A stretch of DNA of 64,000 bases from Capsulimonadaceae bacterium (GTDB taxonomy: Bacteria > Armatimonadota > Armatimonadia > Armatimonadales > Capsulimonadaceae), in contig OZ244065.1 of NCBI GenBank assembly GCA_965215505.1, positions 5,152,001-5,216,000 on the forward strand. Direction: 5' to 3'. Of the stretch, positions 8,756-18,661 are shown one piece after another. The stretch's first letter is position 1. Each line of letters opens with the position of its first letter. The translations under genes and the position numbers were made by a program. Under the pieces are notes generated by a model. The model saw only the letters and a list, made by a program, of their open reading frames with translations, made no database searches and was not told the origin of the DNA.

Positions 8756-9967
8756 TCAGGATGCAGGCGCGGGACAGATTTCGGCATAGAGCGCTTGAAG
8801 CAGGTCAAGCTGGCGCTCGCGTGAGAAATCCTTGAAGACGACGCGCCGCCCGGCCTCCCCGAACGCCGCCCGGCGGGCTGCCCCCTCGGCGGAGTCCAGC
8901 AGCCATTCCAGCGCCCCGGACAGGGCAGGCGCGTCACCGGGCGGGACGAGCAGGCCGCTGACTCCGTCCCGGACGACCTCGCGGCAGCCGCCGATGCTGG
9001 TGGCGACGGTGGGCAGGCCCGCCGCCATCGCTTCGGCCAAGGCCAGCCCGAACGATTCGTCGCGCGGCAGGTGAACCAGCACATCCAGGGCGGGGAGTAG
9101 GGCGGGCACGTCCTCGCGCGGGCCGGTGAAGTGCAGGCGGTCCGCAAGACCGGCGGCTTCGGCCTGGGCCGTCAGCCGCGCCTGTTCCCCCGACCTTCCC
9201 TCGCTGCCGATCAGGACTAGATGCAGAGTAGGGTGTGCCCGCGCTAGGGCCGGGGCGACTTCAAGGAGGGCCGCCTGCCCCTTCGCGTCCAGCCGCCCGA
9301 TCATCCCCAGCACGAGCGCGTCCTCGGGGATGCCCCATTGCTGCCGTGCCAGCAGCCGCTGCGCCCGCGCTTGGGGGGTGCAGGGTGCGGCGATCTCATT
9401 GAGGTCAATCCCATTGTAGATCAGGTGAACGAGGGTGGGGGGGAACCGGTGATCGTGGCGCAGGCGGTCGCCGACCGTCCCCGATACGGCGACGACGGCG
9501 TCCGTGCCCCAGCCAAAGAAGATGCCGGCGAGGCGCGGCGGCTCGCCCAGAGGCCGAACCATGTGGGCGTGCAGGACCAGCCGGGCGCATCGGGCGAGCC
9601 TGACGCCGAGGACGGCGACGACGTAATCCCGGCGTGAGTGGGAGTGGACGACGTCTACGCCGTGGAGGCGGATGAGCCGGGCCAGACGCCAGGCCGCCCC
9701 CAGGTCGCCGCTGTTGCGGACCGCGAACGGCAGGGTGGGGATGCCGCGCTCCCGGCACCAGGCGTCGAGGTAGCTGCCGGGCGGGCAGGCGAACGTGAGC
9801 AGGACGCCGCGCGCGCGGAGCGCGGCGGCCAGCTCCACCGAGTGCCGCTCAATTCCCCCCTGGCTGCCCGTACTGGCCAGGAACAGGACGCGCGGGGATG
9901 CTTGCCCATCGGAGCGGATGGTGGGACCGCCGACTGGGCGGGCGATGGGATTACTGACGCTCCGCAT
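8756..9967 (-). CDS. Glycosyltransferase family 4
   Basis: GGIERH, DVVHSH, IYNGID, IGRL..KG, ESFGLALAEAMAAG. Confidence 0.9.
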   Translation of the reverse strand: MRSVSNPIARPVGGPTIRSDGQASPRVLFLASTGSQGGIERHSVELAAALRARGVLLTFACPPGSYLDAWCRERGIPTLPFAVRNSGDLGAAWRLARLIRLHGVDVVHSHSRRDYVVAVLGVRLARCARLVLHAHMVRPLGEPPRLAGIFFGWGTDAVVAVSGTVGDRLRHDHRFPPTLVHLIYNGIDLNEIAAPCTPQARAQRLLARQQWGIPEDALVLGMIGRLDAKGQAALLEVAPALARAHPTLHLVLIGSEGRSGEQARLTAQAEAAGLADRLHFTGPREDVPALLPALDVLVHLPRDESFGLALAEAMAAGLPTVATSIGGCREVVRDGVSGLLVPPGDAPALSGALEWLLDSAEGAARRAAFGEAGRRVVFKDFSRERQLDLLQALYAEICPAPAS

Positions 9968-10961
9968 ACCACTGGCGCATGAATTGCTGATATTCCTGCC
10001 CTTTTTCCTTGATCGCCCGCCACCAGCCCTCGTTGGCCTGATACCAGGCCACTGTCTCCCGCAGCCGCTCCTCGAACAACTCCGGGTGCGGGGTGTACCC
10101 CAGGGCGCGAATCTTCGCGCAGTCCAGCGAATACCGGCGGTCGTGGCCGGGCCGGTCCTTGACGTAGTGGATCAACGACTCGGGCTTGCCCAGGGCGTCC
10201 AGGAGCAGCCTGACGATCTCCATGTTGGGCCGGTCGTTCTCGCCGCCCACGTTGTAGACCTCCCCCGGCGTGCCCAGGTGCAAGGCGGTGTCTATGCCCT
10301 GGCAGTGTTCCAGAACGTACAGCCAGTCCCGCACCTGTTGGCCGTCCCCGTAGACCGGCACCGGCAGGTCGTCCAAGAGGTTCGTGATGAACAGCGGGAT
10401 CAGTTTCTCCGGATAGTGGTATGGCCCGAAGGTGTTCGACCCGCGCGTGACGATGGTGGGCAGCCCGAACGTCTGGTGGTACGCCCGCACCATCAGCTCG
10501 CCGCCCGCCTTGGCCGCCGAGTAGGGCTGGTTCGGCTCCAGTGCGTCCCCCTCGCGGAAGACGCCATCCGTCGTCCCATACGATTCGTCCGTAGAAATCT
10601 GGTGGAACCGCTCGTGCCCGAACTTGCGGGCGGCTTCCAGCAGGACGCAGACGCCGTTGAAGTTGGCCCGGACCGCACTATCCGGGTCCAGGATGGCGCG
10701 GTCGTTGTGGGACTCGGCGGCGAAGTTGACGATGGCCTGGGCGTTCTGCGCCAGGTTCTCTACCAGAGGCGCGTCGTTGATGTCGCCCTGGACGAACAGG
10801 AAGTTCGGGTTCGCCCAGACGTCGGCCAGGTTCGCCCTGTTGCCGGCGTAGGTCAGCGCGTCCAGCACGATGACCCGGTAGTCCGGGTACTTGCCGAGCA
10901 GGAAGCGGACGAAGTGGGAGCCGATGAAGCCCGCGCCGCCCGTGACGATCAGTGTCTGCAT
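9951..10961 (-). CDS. rfbB: dTDP-glucose 4,6-dehydratase
   Basis: TGGAGFIG, DALTYAGN, FAAESH.DR, STDE.YG, YSAAK, EKLIP, DRPGHDRRY. Confidence 0.95.
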   Translation of the reverse strand: MQTLIVTGGAGFIGSHFVRFLLGKYPDYRVIVLDALTYAGNRANLADVWANPNFLFVQGDINDAPLVENLAQNAQAIVNFAAESHNDRAILDPDSAVRANFNGVCVLLEAARKFGHERFHQISTDESYGTTDGVFREGDALEPNQPYSAAKAGGELMVRAYHQTFGLPTIVTRGSNTFGPYHYPEKLIPLFITNLLDDLPVPVYGDGQQVRDWLYVLEHCQGIDTALHLGTPGEVYNVGGENDRPNMEIVRLLLDALGKPESLIHYVKDRPGHDRRYSLDCAKIRALGYTPHPELFEERLRETVAWYQANEGWWRAIKEKGQEYQQFMRQWYAERQ

Positions 10962-10976
10962 GGTTTTTGAAGGCTT

Positions 10977-11360
10977 TTAAAGGCCGAACCGCCCAAGAAG
11001 CCCGCCTAGCATCCCGCCCCCGGCGGCTTCGCCCCCCTGCGCCGCGCTGCCGCCCAGTACCGACCCCAGAAGCCCCTGGGCGGCGGGGAACCGGCTGGCG
11101 ACCATCTGCATCACCTCGGGGTGCGCCCGCGCCAGGGCCAGCGTCGTTGCCACCAGGTCCCCGTGCGACATCTGGCTCGGGTCCGTCGTGCCGACCCCCG
11201 CCTGCCCCAGCAGGCTCTGGACGTTCACGCCCTGGCCGCCGAGGTGCCCCAGGGCCTCACTCAGCATGTCCTTGTGCGCGTCCTGGGCCTCGGGGTCCGC
11301 CTGCGCCACCGCCTGCGCCGCGTCGCCCCGCCCGTCATCGTCCTGATCGTCGTATGCCAT
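10977..11360 (-). CDS. Hypothetical protein, Gly/Ala-rich
   Basis: RBS GAGGAG before ATG 11360; upstream TATAAT; ends GGMLGGLLGRFGL. Confidence 0.65.
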   Translation of the reverse strand: MAYDDQDDDGRGDAAQAVAQADPEAQDAHKDMLSEALGHLGGQGVNVQSLLGQAGVGTTDPSQMSHGDLVATTLALARAHPEVMQMVASRFPAAQGLLGSVLGGSAAQGGEAAGGGMLGGLLGRFGL

Positions 11361-11469
11361 TGGTTTTCTCCTCATCCCGGATGATTGTACGCTTATTATA
11401 TCATATTTTCACCGCCGCGTGTGTCATAAGGCCGACGCCGCCGAGGGGCACCCGCCCGCCCTCATCCGC

Positions 11470-11498
11470 TTGACTTTGCTGCGAACACATGCTAAGAT
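11470..11498 (+). promoter_or_regulatory. Sigma70-type promoter
   Basis: TTGACT-17 nt-TAAGAT with TGn extension. Confidence 0.5.
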
Positions 11499-11527
11499 GC
11501 GTCGCATCCGTGGCAAGGAGCAGCAGC

Positions 11528-12025
11528 ATGACACAAAAGGACCCCACACCGAAAGATTCCACACCGAAAGACTCCAAAGCCGCCTTCACCCTGCAAGGGG
11601 CGCTGACGTTCGCCGTCGCCGTGTTGGTGCTGATCGGCTACGCCGTCTTCGTCGGGTATATGTGGGGTGAGGGGGCGACCACGAACGAAACCGCCTGGAA
11701 CCGCGCCGTGTTCCTCTTCACGGGCGTGGAAACCATCGTGTTCGCCGCCGTCGGGTTCCTGTTCGGCAAGGAAGTACACCGGCAGCAGGCGGTGAACGCG
11801 GAGGACCGCGCCAAAGACGCTGAAGCCGACGCCAAAGACTCTCGGGCGAAAGGGGCAAAAGGGGAGGCGCTTGCGGCGGCGGTGAAAGGGCTGGCCGCCG
11901 GCGCGTCCACTCACCAGGGAACGTCCAAAGCGGCGGTGACGGGTGGGGGCACTTCTGCGGACGCCGCCGACTCGCCGCACCCGCTTACTGCCCTGGCCGC
12001 CATGGCGAATGAGCTGTTCCCGTAA
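11528..12025 (+). CDS. Two-TM membrane protein with C-terminal coiled coil
   Basis: RBS AAGGAG; KDxTP repeats; two TM helices ending AAVGFLFGKEVHRQQA. Confidence 0.7.
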   Translation: MTQKDPTPKDSTPKDSKAAFTLQGALTFAVAVLVLIGYAVFVGYMWGEGATTNETAWNRAVFLFTGVETIVFAAVGFLFGKEVHRQQAVNAEDRAKDAEADAKDSRAKGAKGEALAAAVKGLAAGASTHQGTSKAAVTGGGTSADAADSPHPLTALAAMANELFP

Positions 12026-12054
12026 GCACCTGGAGGCCACTGAGGGCCTCTAGC

Positions 12055-12603
12055 TCATGGCTTCGGCGTCACCCCATGCGCCTGCACGGTCGCGATGAAG
12101 TTCTTGGCGTCGGCGACGTGCTGGCCCTGGGGGAATTTCTGGAGGTACTGCTGCCAGATGGCGATGGCGCGCTTGCTGTCGCCCAGGACGGCGTAGGCGC
12201 TGGCCTCGTTGAACAGACTGTTCTCGTGCTGGGGGTTCTGGCGCTGGGCGATGACGTACTGCTCCAGGGCCTTTTTGGGCTGGGAGGACTTGAAATAAGC
12301 GACGCCCAGGTCGGTGCGGATGTCGGGGTCGTCCAGGCCGCCCGCGATGGCCTCGTTGTAGGCGGTGATGGCCTGCGGCCACTGGCCATGGTCCTCGTAC
12401 CCGTTGCCTAGCTCCCGTGCGGCTTGGGCACTCACGCTGCGGCTCGAAGCGGCCTGCGCCAAGGCGGGCCGCAGGGCCAGGTAAGTCCCCCCCGACCCAA
12501 GCGCCGCGCAGATTATCCCCACAGCGACGGTGACCGGCCATGAGACTCTGGCTCCCCCGGAACTAGGGGCGGGGTGGGCAGCTCTGCGAGTCTTGCGCGC
12601 CAC
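12055..12603 (-). CDS. Membrane-anchored TPR protein
   Basis: N-terminal TM; TPR motifs (LGN.Y..G...AI.AY..A, RTDLGVAY, SLFN); GTG start overlaps dxs stop. Confidence 0.8.
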   Translation of the reverse strand: MARKTRRAAHPAPSSGGARVSWPVTVAVGIICAALGSGGTYLALRPALAQAASSRSVSAQAARELGNGYEDHGQWPQAITAYNEAIAGGLDDPDIRTDLGVAYFKSSQPKKALEQYVIAQRQNPQHENSLFNEASAYAVLGDSKRAIAIWQQYLQKFPQGQHVADAKNFIATVQAHGVTPKP

Positions 12604-14612
12604 TATGACCTCGCCCCCACCGGCATCTTCTCCGTCATCATCTCCGGCATCTTTTCGGGCGCGCCTTTGCCGTTCCCATTGCCCTTCGACCGCGAGGCCG
12701 GGCGAGGCGGCATCTGCGTCAGCGCCCGGTGCGCGACCTCGTCCGCCGTCAGGCCCGCCCCGGCGCGCAGGGTGGGGATGGGGCCGTGTTCGATGAAGTG
12801 GTCGGGCAGGCCGACCAGCGAGACGGGGATCAGGACCGCATTTGCGGCCAGAAGCTCCAGGACGGCGGAGCCGAAGCCGCCGTGCGCGATGCCGTCCTCG
12901 ACCGTCACGACCGAACCGCAGCGGCGGGCGGCGGCGAGGATCGTCTCGGCGTCCAGAGGCTTGCAGAAGCGGGCGTTGAGGACGGTCGCATGCACCCCCT
13001 GGTCGGCCAGCTTGTCGGCGGCGTCCAGGGCGATCTTGACGCCCGCGCCCAGGGCGACGAGGGCCACGTCGCCCCCCTCGCGCAGTGTTTCGGCCCGGCC
13101 CAGCTCGATCTCGCTGGTCTTCCCCACGTCGGGCGGGAGCGGGTCCTGGCCGCCGCGCGGGTAGCGGACGGCGATGGGGCCAGCCTCGTAGGCCAGGGCG
13201 AAGCGGGTCATGGCGCGCATCTCGTCCGTGTCCTTGGGGGACAGGAGGACCAGGTTCGGGACGCAGCGCAGGTAGGCCAGGTCGAAGACTCCGTGGTGCG
13301 TTCCGCCGTCGTCGCCCACCAGCCCTGCCCTATCCAGGAAGAAGCGCACGGGGAGGTGCTGCAAGGCCACGTCGTGGATGATCGGATCGTAAGCCCGCTG
13401 CAAGAAGGTTGAATAGATCGCCGCCACGGGCTTCAGCCCTTCGGCGGCCAGGCCCGCCGCGAAGACGACCGCGTGCTGCTCGGCGATGCCGACATCAAAG
13501 AACCGCTCGGGGTGCAGCTTGGCGAACTTGTTCAGACCGGTCCCGTCCGGCATGGCCGCCGTGATGCCGATGATCTTGTCGTCGGTCTCGGCCAGGTCGT
13601 TCAGGGTCTCAACGAAGGCGTCGGTGAAGGAAACGCCCGGTGCCTTCGGCTCGGTCCGGCCGTCGTCCGGGCTGAACTTGCCTAGGCCGTGGTAGGTGCG
13701 CGAGTTCGCCTCGGCATAGGGAATGCCTTTGCCCTTGACGGTCAGGACATGCACCAGGACCGGGCCTTTAAGCCGCTTGACGTGCTTGAAGACGTTGATC
13801 AGGTTGTCCAGATTGTGGCCGTCGATCGGCCCGATATAAGTGAAGCCCATCTCCTCGAACAGCAGGCCCGTGTGGGCGGGCGTCGCGAAGTGGGTCGCCG
13901 TGTGCTTGGCGGCCTTGGCCGCCTTCTTTATAATCCGGCTGCCGACCGGCATCCCAGCGATCATCCGCTTGGCCGTGTTCTCCCCGGCTTGATACAGCGG
14001 CTCCATCCGCAGCTTGGCGAGGTAGGAGGCCAGCGCGCCGACGTTCTCCGCGATGGACATCTCGTTGTCGTTCAGCACGATGGTGATGTCGGTGCCGTCG
14101 TCGGCGGCATTGTTCAGACCTTCCAAAGCCATCCCGCCGGTCAGCGCGCCGTCGCCGATGAGGGCCAGGACGGAGTTCTTCGCCCCCCGGAAGTCGCGCG
14201 CCTTGGCGAAACCCATCGCCGCCGAGATGGACGTGGAGGCGTGGCCCGCGCCGAACAGGTCATACGGCGACTCGTCTATCCGCAGGAACCCGGACAGCCC
14301 GCCGTGCTGCCGGATCGTCGGCAACTGCTCGCGCCGGCCCGTCAATATCTTGTGAACGTACCCCTGATGCCCCACGTCCCAGATCAGCTTGTCTTTGGGG
14401 ATATCATAGACTTTGTGCAGGGCCAGCGTCAGCTCAACGACGCCCAACGAGGGCGCGAGGTGGCCGCCAGTCTTGGCTACGGTTTCGGTGAGGTAGACGC
14501 GGATCTCCTGCGCCAAGGCGCGCATCTCGTCCGGGGACAGGCGCTTGAGGTCGTCGGGGCTGTTGATGCCGTCGAGCAGGCGGCGTTCGGTCGGCGTGGC
14601 TTGGCTCTCCAT
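12603..14612 (-). CDS. dxs: 1-deoxy-D-xylulose-5-phosphate synthase
   Basis: GGHLAPSLG, WDVGHQ, GAGHASTS, GDGALTGG, NDNEMSI, DVGIAEQHA, DRAGLVG.DG; start reassigned to ATG 14612. Confidence 0.97.
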   Translation of the reverse strand: MESQATPTERRLLDGINSPDDLKRLSPDEMRALAQEIRVYLTETVAKTGGHLAPSLGVVELTLALHKVYDIPKDKLIWDVGHQGYVHKILTGRREQLPTIRQHGGLSGFLRIDESPYDLFGAGHASTSISAAMGFAKARDFRGAKNSVLALIGDGALTGGMALEGLNNAADDGTDITIVLNDNEMSIAENVGALASYLAKLRMEPLYQAGENTAKRMIAGMPVGSRIIKKAAKAAKHTATHFATPAHTGLLFEEMGFTYIGPIDGHNLDNLINVFKHVKRLKGPVLVHVLTVKGKGIPYAEANSRTYHGLGKFSPDDGRTEPKAPGVSFTDAFVETLNDLAETDDKIIGITAAMPDGTGLNKFAKLHPERFFDVGIAEQHAVVFAAGLAAEGLKPVAAIYSTFLQRAYDPIIHDVALQHLPVRFFLDRAGLVGDDGGTHHGVFDLAYLRCVPNLVLLSPKDTDEMRAMTRFALAYEAGPIAVRYPRGGQDPLPPDVGKTSEIELGRAETLREGGDVALVALGAGVKIALDAADKLADQGVHATVLNARFCKPLDAETILAAARRCGSVVTVEDGIAHGGFGSAVLELLAANAVLIPVSLVGLPDHFIEHGPIPTLRAGAGLTADEVAHRALTQMPPRPASRSKGNGNGKGAPEKMPEMMTEKMPVGARS

Positions 14613-14673
14613 GCGGGGGCACTTCTTTCTGAGCGGTTCCGTCCTGGGAACGGGGAAGGCGTGGAATACTGTG

Positions 14674-14702
14674 ATAATACCTAGTCGGGATTTGTCTGTC
14701 AA
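14674..14702 (-). promoter_or_regulatory. Sigma70-type promoter for dxs
   Basis: Minus strand TTGACA-17 nt-TATTAT. Confidence 0.6.
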
Positions 14703-14813
14703 TGTTATACCCGGCTTTGTCGCTTTATTTCACAAAGTAGTTTGCGGATATAAAAATAAATGCCACGTTCTCGCGTGTGCTATACTGTTCCTACCGCTCA
14801 CGGAGAACCCGCC

Positions 14814-16864
14814 ATGCCCCGGCCCCTCATCCTCGCTCTGGCCCTCGCCCTGCTCCTGCCCGTCCTACCGGTCACGGCGGGCGAGAACCGCCTGTGGCTG
14901 GCCTCCCAGTCCGATTTCGGCGCGAGGCGCGGCTTCTACCTCGCATTTGAGAACCATGCGCCGGATGGGACGCCGCCCAAGCTCGCCACTCTGCGGCTCA
15001 TCCTGGGTGTCGCCGACGGCAAGACCTGGAGTTTCCTGGACGACACGCCGGTCTGGGAGTACGGGCACGATTACCACGCTCAAGCGGTCATCGCGCCGGG
15101 ACACGCCGAGCTGTGGGTGGACGGGCAGAAGATCAAGGGAACCGACCAGGCCCTGATGCCTGATCCGAGCGGCACGCTGACGGCGGGGCTGATCCCGGCT
15201 GGGCCGGCGTTCCCGCCGAGTATTTGATGCTCGAAAGGTCTTGTACTCTGACTACTCAGGGCGGCAAGACGCTGGCAGTCCCCCTCCCGGACATGACGGC
15301 CCTGCCGCCCGCCCTGACACTGTTCGAGCCGCAGGCACCCGTCGGGGTGCCGTTCCTGTCGGACCCTGCCAGGACACTGACGGTTGACGTGACCTTCCGT
15401 ATCGTCCCGCGCCCCGCCGACCCCCGCACGCTGGCTCCCTTCGTGGACAAATACGGCCAGCCCGTCGCCGCCCGCTACCCCGGCAAGATCACGAGTGACG
15501 CCCAACTCGCCGCCACCGCGCGCGAAGAGACGCGCCGGATGGCGGCCTGGGGGCGGCCTGCGAAGCGAGACGCTTATGGCGGCGACCTGGGGACGGGCTG
15601 GCAGGAGCCGCCGGCCGGCTACTACCGCACCGTCCAGAAGAACGGCTATTGGTGGCTGCTGACGCCGCTCGGCCACCCCTGCTTCTACACGGGCCTGTGT
15701 ACCGCGCCCGCCCTGGCCTGGGACAAGACGCCGACCACGGGCCGTGAGTGGGTCTGGGAGTCGCTGCCGCTACGCACCGGGGTGTCGGCATCGGCCTGGG
15801 CCAAGAACAGTTGGGGGGAGGCCGGGGACACCGACTATTTCGCCCCGCACGCGGCAAACATGCTCCGCAAGTACGGGCCGGACTGGCAAACGTCGGAGAA
15901 GACGCGCACCGTGCGTCGCCTGCAAACCTGGGGGTTCAGCGGCCTGGGCAAGTGGTGTGACCCCTCGCCGGGCACCCCAGACCTCCCCGTCCTGTCCCTA
16001 GGCGGCGTTCCGAAACTCACCCGCCATGCGGACGTGTTCGATGCCGCCGTCCAGGCCGCATTGCGGGCCGCGCTGGAGAAGCAGATCGCACCGCGCCGGA
16101 CTGATCCGGCCGTCGTCGGCTGGTCCATCGGCAACGAGTATGACGAGATCATCACGCCCCAGGAAATCAAGGACATCCTGGCAAAACCGGACAGCATCCC
16201 CGCCCGCCGCGCGCTGCTGGACGAGGCCCGCGCGCACCTGACCCAGAGTGACCCGGCGAAGTTCACTGAGGCCGACATCGAATACCTGCGCCGCTTCTAT
16301 GCCGACCGCTACTACGATTTTCTATACCGCACGGTCAAGACGATTGACCCGAACCACCTCTACCTCGGCTTCTGGATCTCCATCGGCTGGTGGGTGAACG
16401 AGGAAGACTGGCGGCTGATCGCCCGCCACTGCGATGTCGTCGGCTACGACAACTACAGCCGGCCCTTCGCCGCCCCGGACTTTGCCAGGCTGCTTCGCGA
16501 GGCCGGAAAACCCGCCCTGTGCGGCGAGTTCTCTTTCCCACCCACCTATGGCGGCACGCGCGGCATCGGCGTCTACGACGCCGCCCACTCCATGGATGAC
16601 GCCGACGCGGGTCGCCAGTACGGGCGCCGGGTGGGTGAGGCCGCTCGGAACCCCGCCTGCGTCGGCGTCTGCTGGTTCCAGTACCGCGACGAGCCGGTCA
16701 CGGGCCGCGGGCCGGGTCGCGGTCCTGACCTGGTCTACGGCGAACATTACGCCTTCGGCCTGGTGGACGTGACGGACACGCCGAAATGGGAACTGGTGAC
16801 GCAGATCCGCGCGGAGAATCTGGCGGTGGACGGCCAGCGGCGGGCGGCGATGCAGGCGAAATAG
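14814..16864 (+). pseudogene. Secreted GH50-like (beta-agarase-like, clan A) glycoside hydrolase split by an apparent 1-nt deletion at ~15195 (true frameshift or sequencing error)
   Basis: Signal peptide and beta-rich (LamG-like) N-part 14814-15227; catalytic part 15224-16864 with GYWWLLTP.GH, GWSIGNE, DPNHLYLG, KPALCGEF, WFQYRDE; frame 2 reads GWAGVPAEYLMLERS upstream of its first Met. Confidence 0.7.
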
Positions 16865-16868
16865 ATGC

Positions 16869-16891
16869 GGCCGGCACTGGAAGTGCCGGCC
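16869..16891. terminator. Hairpin between convergent genes
   Basis: GGCCGGCAC-TGGAA-GTGCCGGCC. Confidence 0.4.
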
Positions 16892-16919
16892 TATCACTGA
16901 GTGGAACGCGCTCCCGCCT

Positions 16920-18605
16920 TCACCGGCTCGCCGTGGCGCGCGCTGACGTGGCGGGCAGCAGGCCGTACACCTGAAGCTGGTTTGAGAAGGTGGAAACGTA
17001 AACGCGGCCGTTGATGACGGTCGGCGGGCAGAACTTGGCGAACATGCCGACGTCATCCCGGCCCGCATTCTGCTTGGAGTCCCAGAGCAGGTGCGAGAGG
17101 TCCGAGGCGTCGTAGGCGCGGACGATGCCCGGCACCGTCTCCCAGTTCGCGTTGGCGTCATACGGGGTGCAGGACCAGATAATGCCCGTGCCGGCCTTGC
17201 CGCCGTCGGCGGAGACGGACAGGAAGCCGCCCGGCATGCCGTCGGGCACGGCCACCTCGGACTGCGAGGCGGGCGTCTCGGTCAGCTTGCCGCCGGTCAG
17301 GTTCAGGGCCATCGCCTTCAGATGATCGAACTCGGGCCAGACGTAGACCATCGGGCCTTTAGGCCCGTTCCAGAAGACGGGGGCACCGTGGATGTTCCCC
17401 GGCGTCATCTGGAATGCCTGTGCGATCTGGCTGTCGTCGCCGGCGTGGAGGTGGCCTAGGGCGTCCCGGTGGGTCATGTACATCCAGCCGTTCTTGCCGC
17501 CGCCCAGGATCAGAGTCGTGCCCGGAACCAGGAGCGGGCCGGACGCGCCCAGGTCGGAGTCGTGGACGTTCAATTGGGCCTGGTTGTAGGGGGTGAAGTA
17601 GTCCACGACGGACAGCGTCCCCGGAACGGGACGCAGTTTCAGCATGCTGTTGCCGTAGTCATGCCCGCCCGAATCGGCGTCAAACGTCCCGTTCCCGGTC
17701 ATCGCATAGAGATTGCCCGCGCTGTCGGCGGCCATCCCCATGCCGGCCTGCCAGACCGAGCCTTCGGTCCCGTTGGGCGTGACGTTGAAGACGCAGACGC
17801 GGCTCAGTGTTTTGGCGTCGTAGCCCATGATCCACCCGTGGAAAGGCGGGTCGTCGGCGTGGGAGCCGAAACCGAGGTAGACCACGCCGCTTGCCAGCAA
17901 TAGGCCCGTCCGCTGCAAGTGCTTGACCGGGTCGAACGAGACGCGCCCGTTCACGCTGCCCTCGCCCGTGCCCGCCGCGTTGCCCTGGATGACGACGGGG
18001 CTGCCGGCCCGCTCCTGACCCGTCGTGATATCCAGCGCGTGCAGGCGGTGGACGTAGGTCCCGCCCTCCTTCGTCTTGGCCTCGACATAGATGGCTTTGT
18101 TGGTCAGGTCGATGACCGGCGTACTGGTAATCCCGATCTCCACCCGCATGTCGGTCCAGCGCGTCTTGTAGACCTCGGCGGCGGGAACGGACGGACCCAG
18201 GTTGATCTTCCACAGCGGGTCGGCGGCCTTCGGGTCGTCGGCGTCAAAGGCGTAGACGCTGTTGTGGGCGGTCGCCAGGAAGACGACGTTGTGGACCCCC
18301 TTGCCGGGGATGGGCAGCCGGGGCACATAGAGCGGCTGCGCGTACAGGTAGCCGTCCACGTCCCGCGTCCACAGCTTGCCGAAGGTCTTGACGTTGACGT
18401 TCGACGTGTTCAGGACCGTCTCACGCAGGTTCGCCCCCGTCCGCTGGTTGTCGTTATGCTGCGTCAGCATGGACACCGGCGGTTTCGCTGCGGCATAGGG
18501 AATCGGGGGCGGCCCGGACGGGGCTGCCCCCGCCCCGCCGCTTGCGGGGAGGCCCAAGGCCGCCGCTATCGCCATGTTACGCCACAAAGACAGACTATGT
18601 CCCAC
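16920..18605 (-). CDS. Secreted PQQ-binding-like beta-propeller protein
   Basis: Signal peptide; LTQHNDNQRTGAN..ET.L...NVN...FGKL...VDG..YAQPLY, GITSTPVID, D.DLGASG, KF.PPTV.NG.VYV; start may be 18575. Confidence 0.75.
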   Translation of the reverse strand: MGHSLSLWRNMAIAAALGLPASGGAGAAPSGPPPIPYAAAKPPVSMLTQHNDNQRTGANLRETVLNTSNVNVKTFGKLWTRDVDGYLYAQPLYVPRLPIPGKGVHNVVFLATAHNSVYAFDADDPKAADPLWKINLGPSVPAAEVYKTRWTDMRVEIGITSTPVIDLTNKAIYVEAKTKEGGTYVHRLHALDITTGQERAGSPVVIQGNAAGTGEGSVNGRVSFDPVKHLQRTGLLLASGVVYLGFGSHADDPPFHGWIMGYDAKTLSRVCVFNVTPNGTEGSVWQAGMGMAADSAGNLYAMTGNGTFDADSGGHDYGNSMLKLRPVPGTLSVVDYFTPYNQAQLNVHDSDLGASGPLLVPGTTLILGGGKNGWMYMTHRDALGHLHAGDDSQIAQAFQMTPGNIHGAPVFWNGPKGPMVYVWPEFDHLKAMALNLTGGKLTETPASQSEVAVPDGMPGGFLSVSADGGKAGTGIIWSCTPYDANANWETVPGIVRAYDASDLSHLLWDSKQNAGRDDVGMFAKFCPPTVINGRVYVSTFSNQLQVYGLLPATSARATASR

Positions 18606-18661
18606 GGTCAGCTCCTACTAATGAGTGTCAGGCGTGCCTGACGACGGCTCCGATGGCGGGT

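Noticed and set aside
11536-11578. 15-nt tandem repeat as CRISPR-like array
   Set aside because: No spacers and in-frame coding repeat; no CRISPR array or cas gene seen in the window
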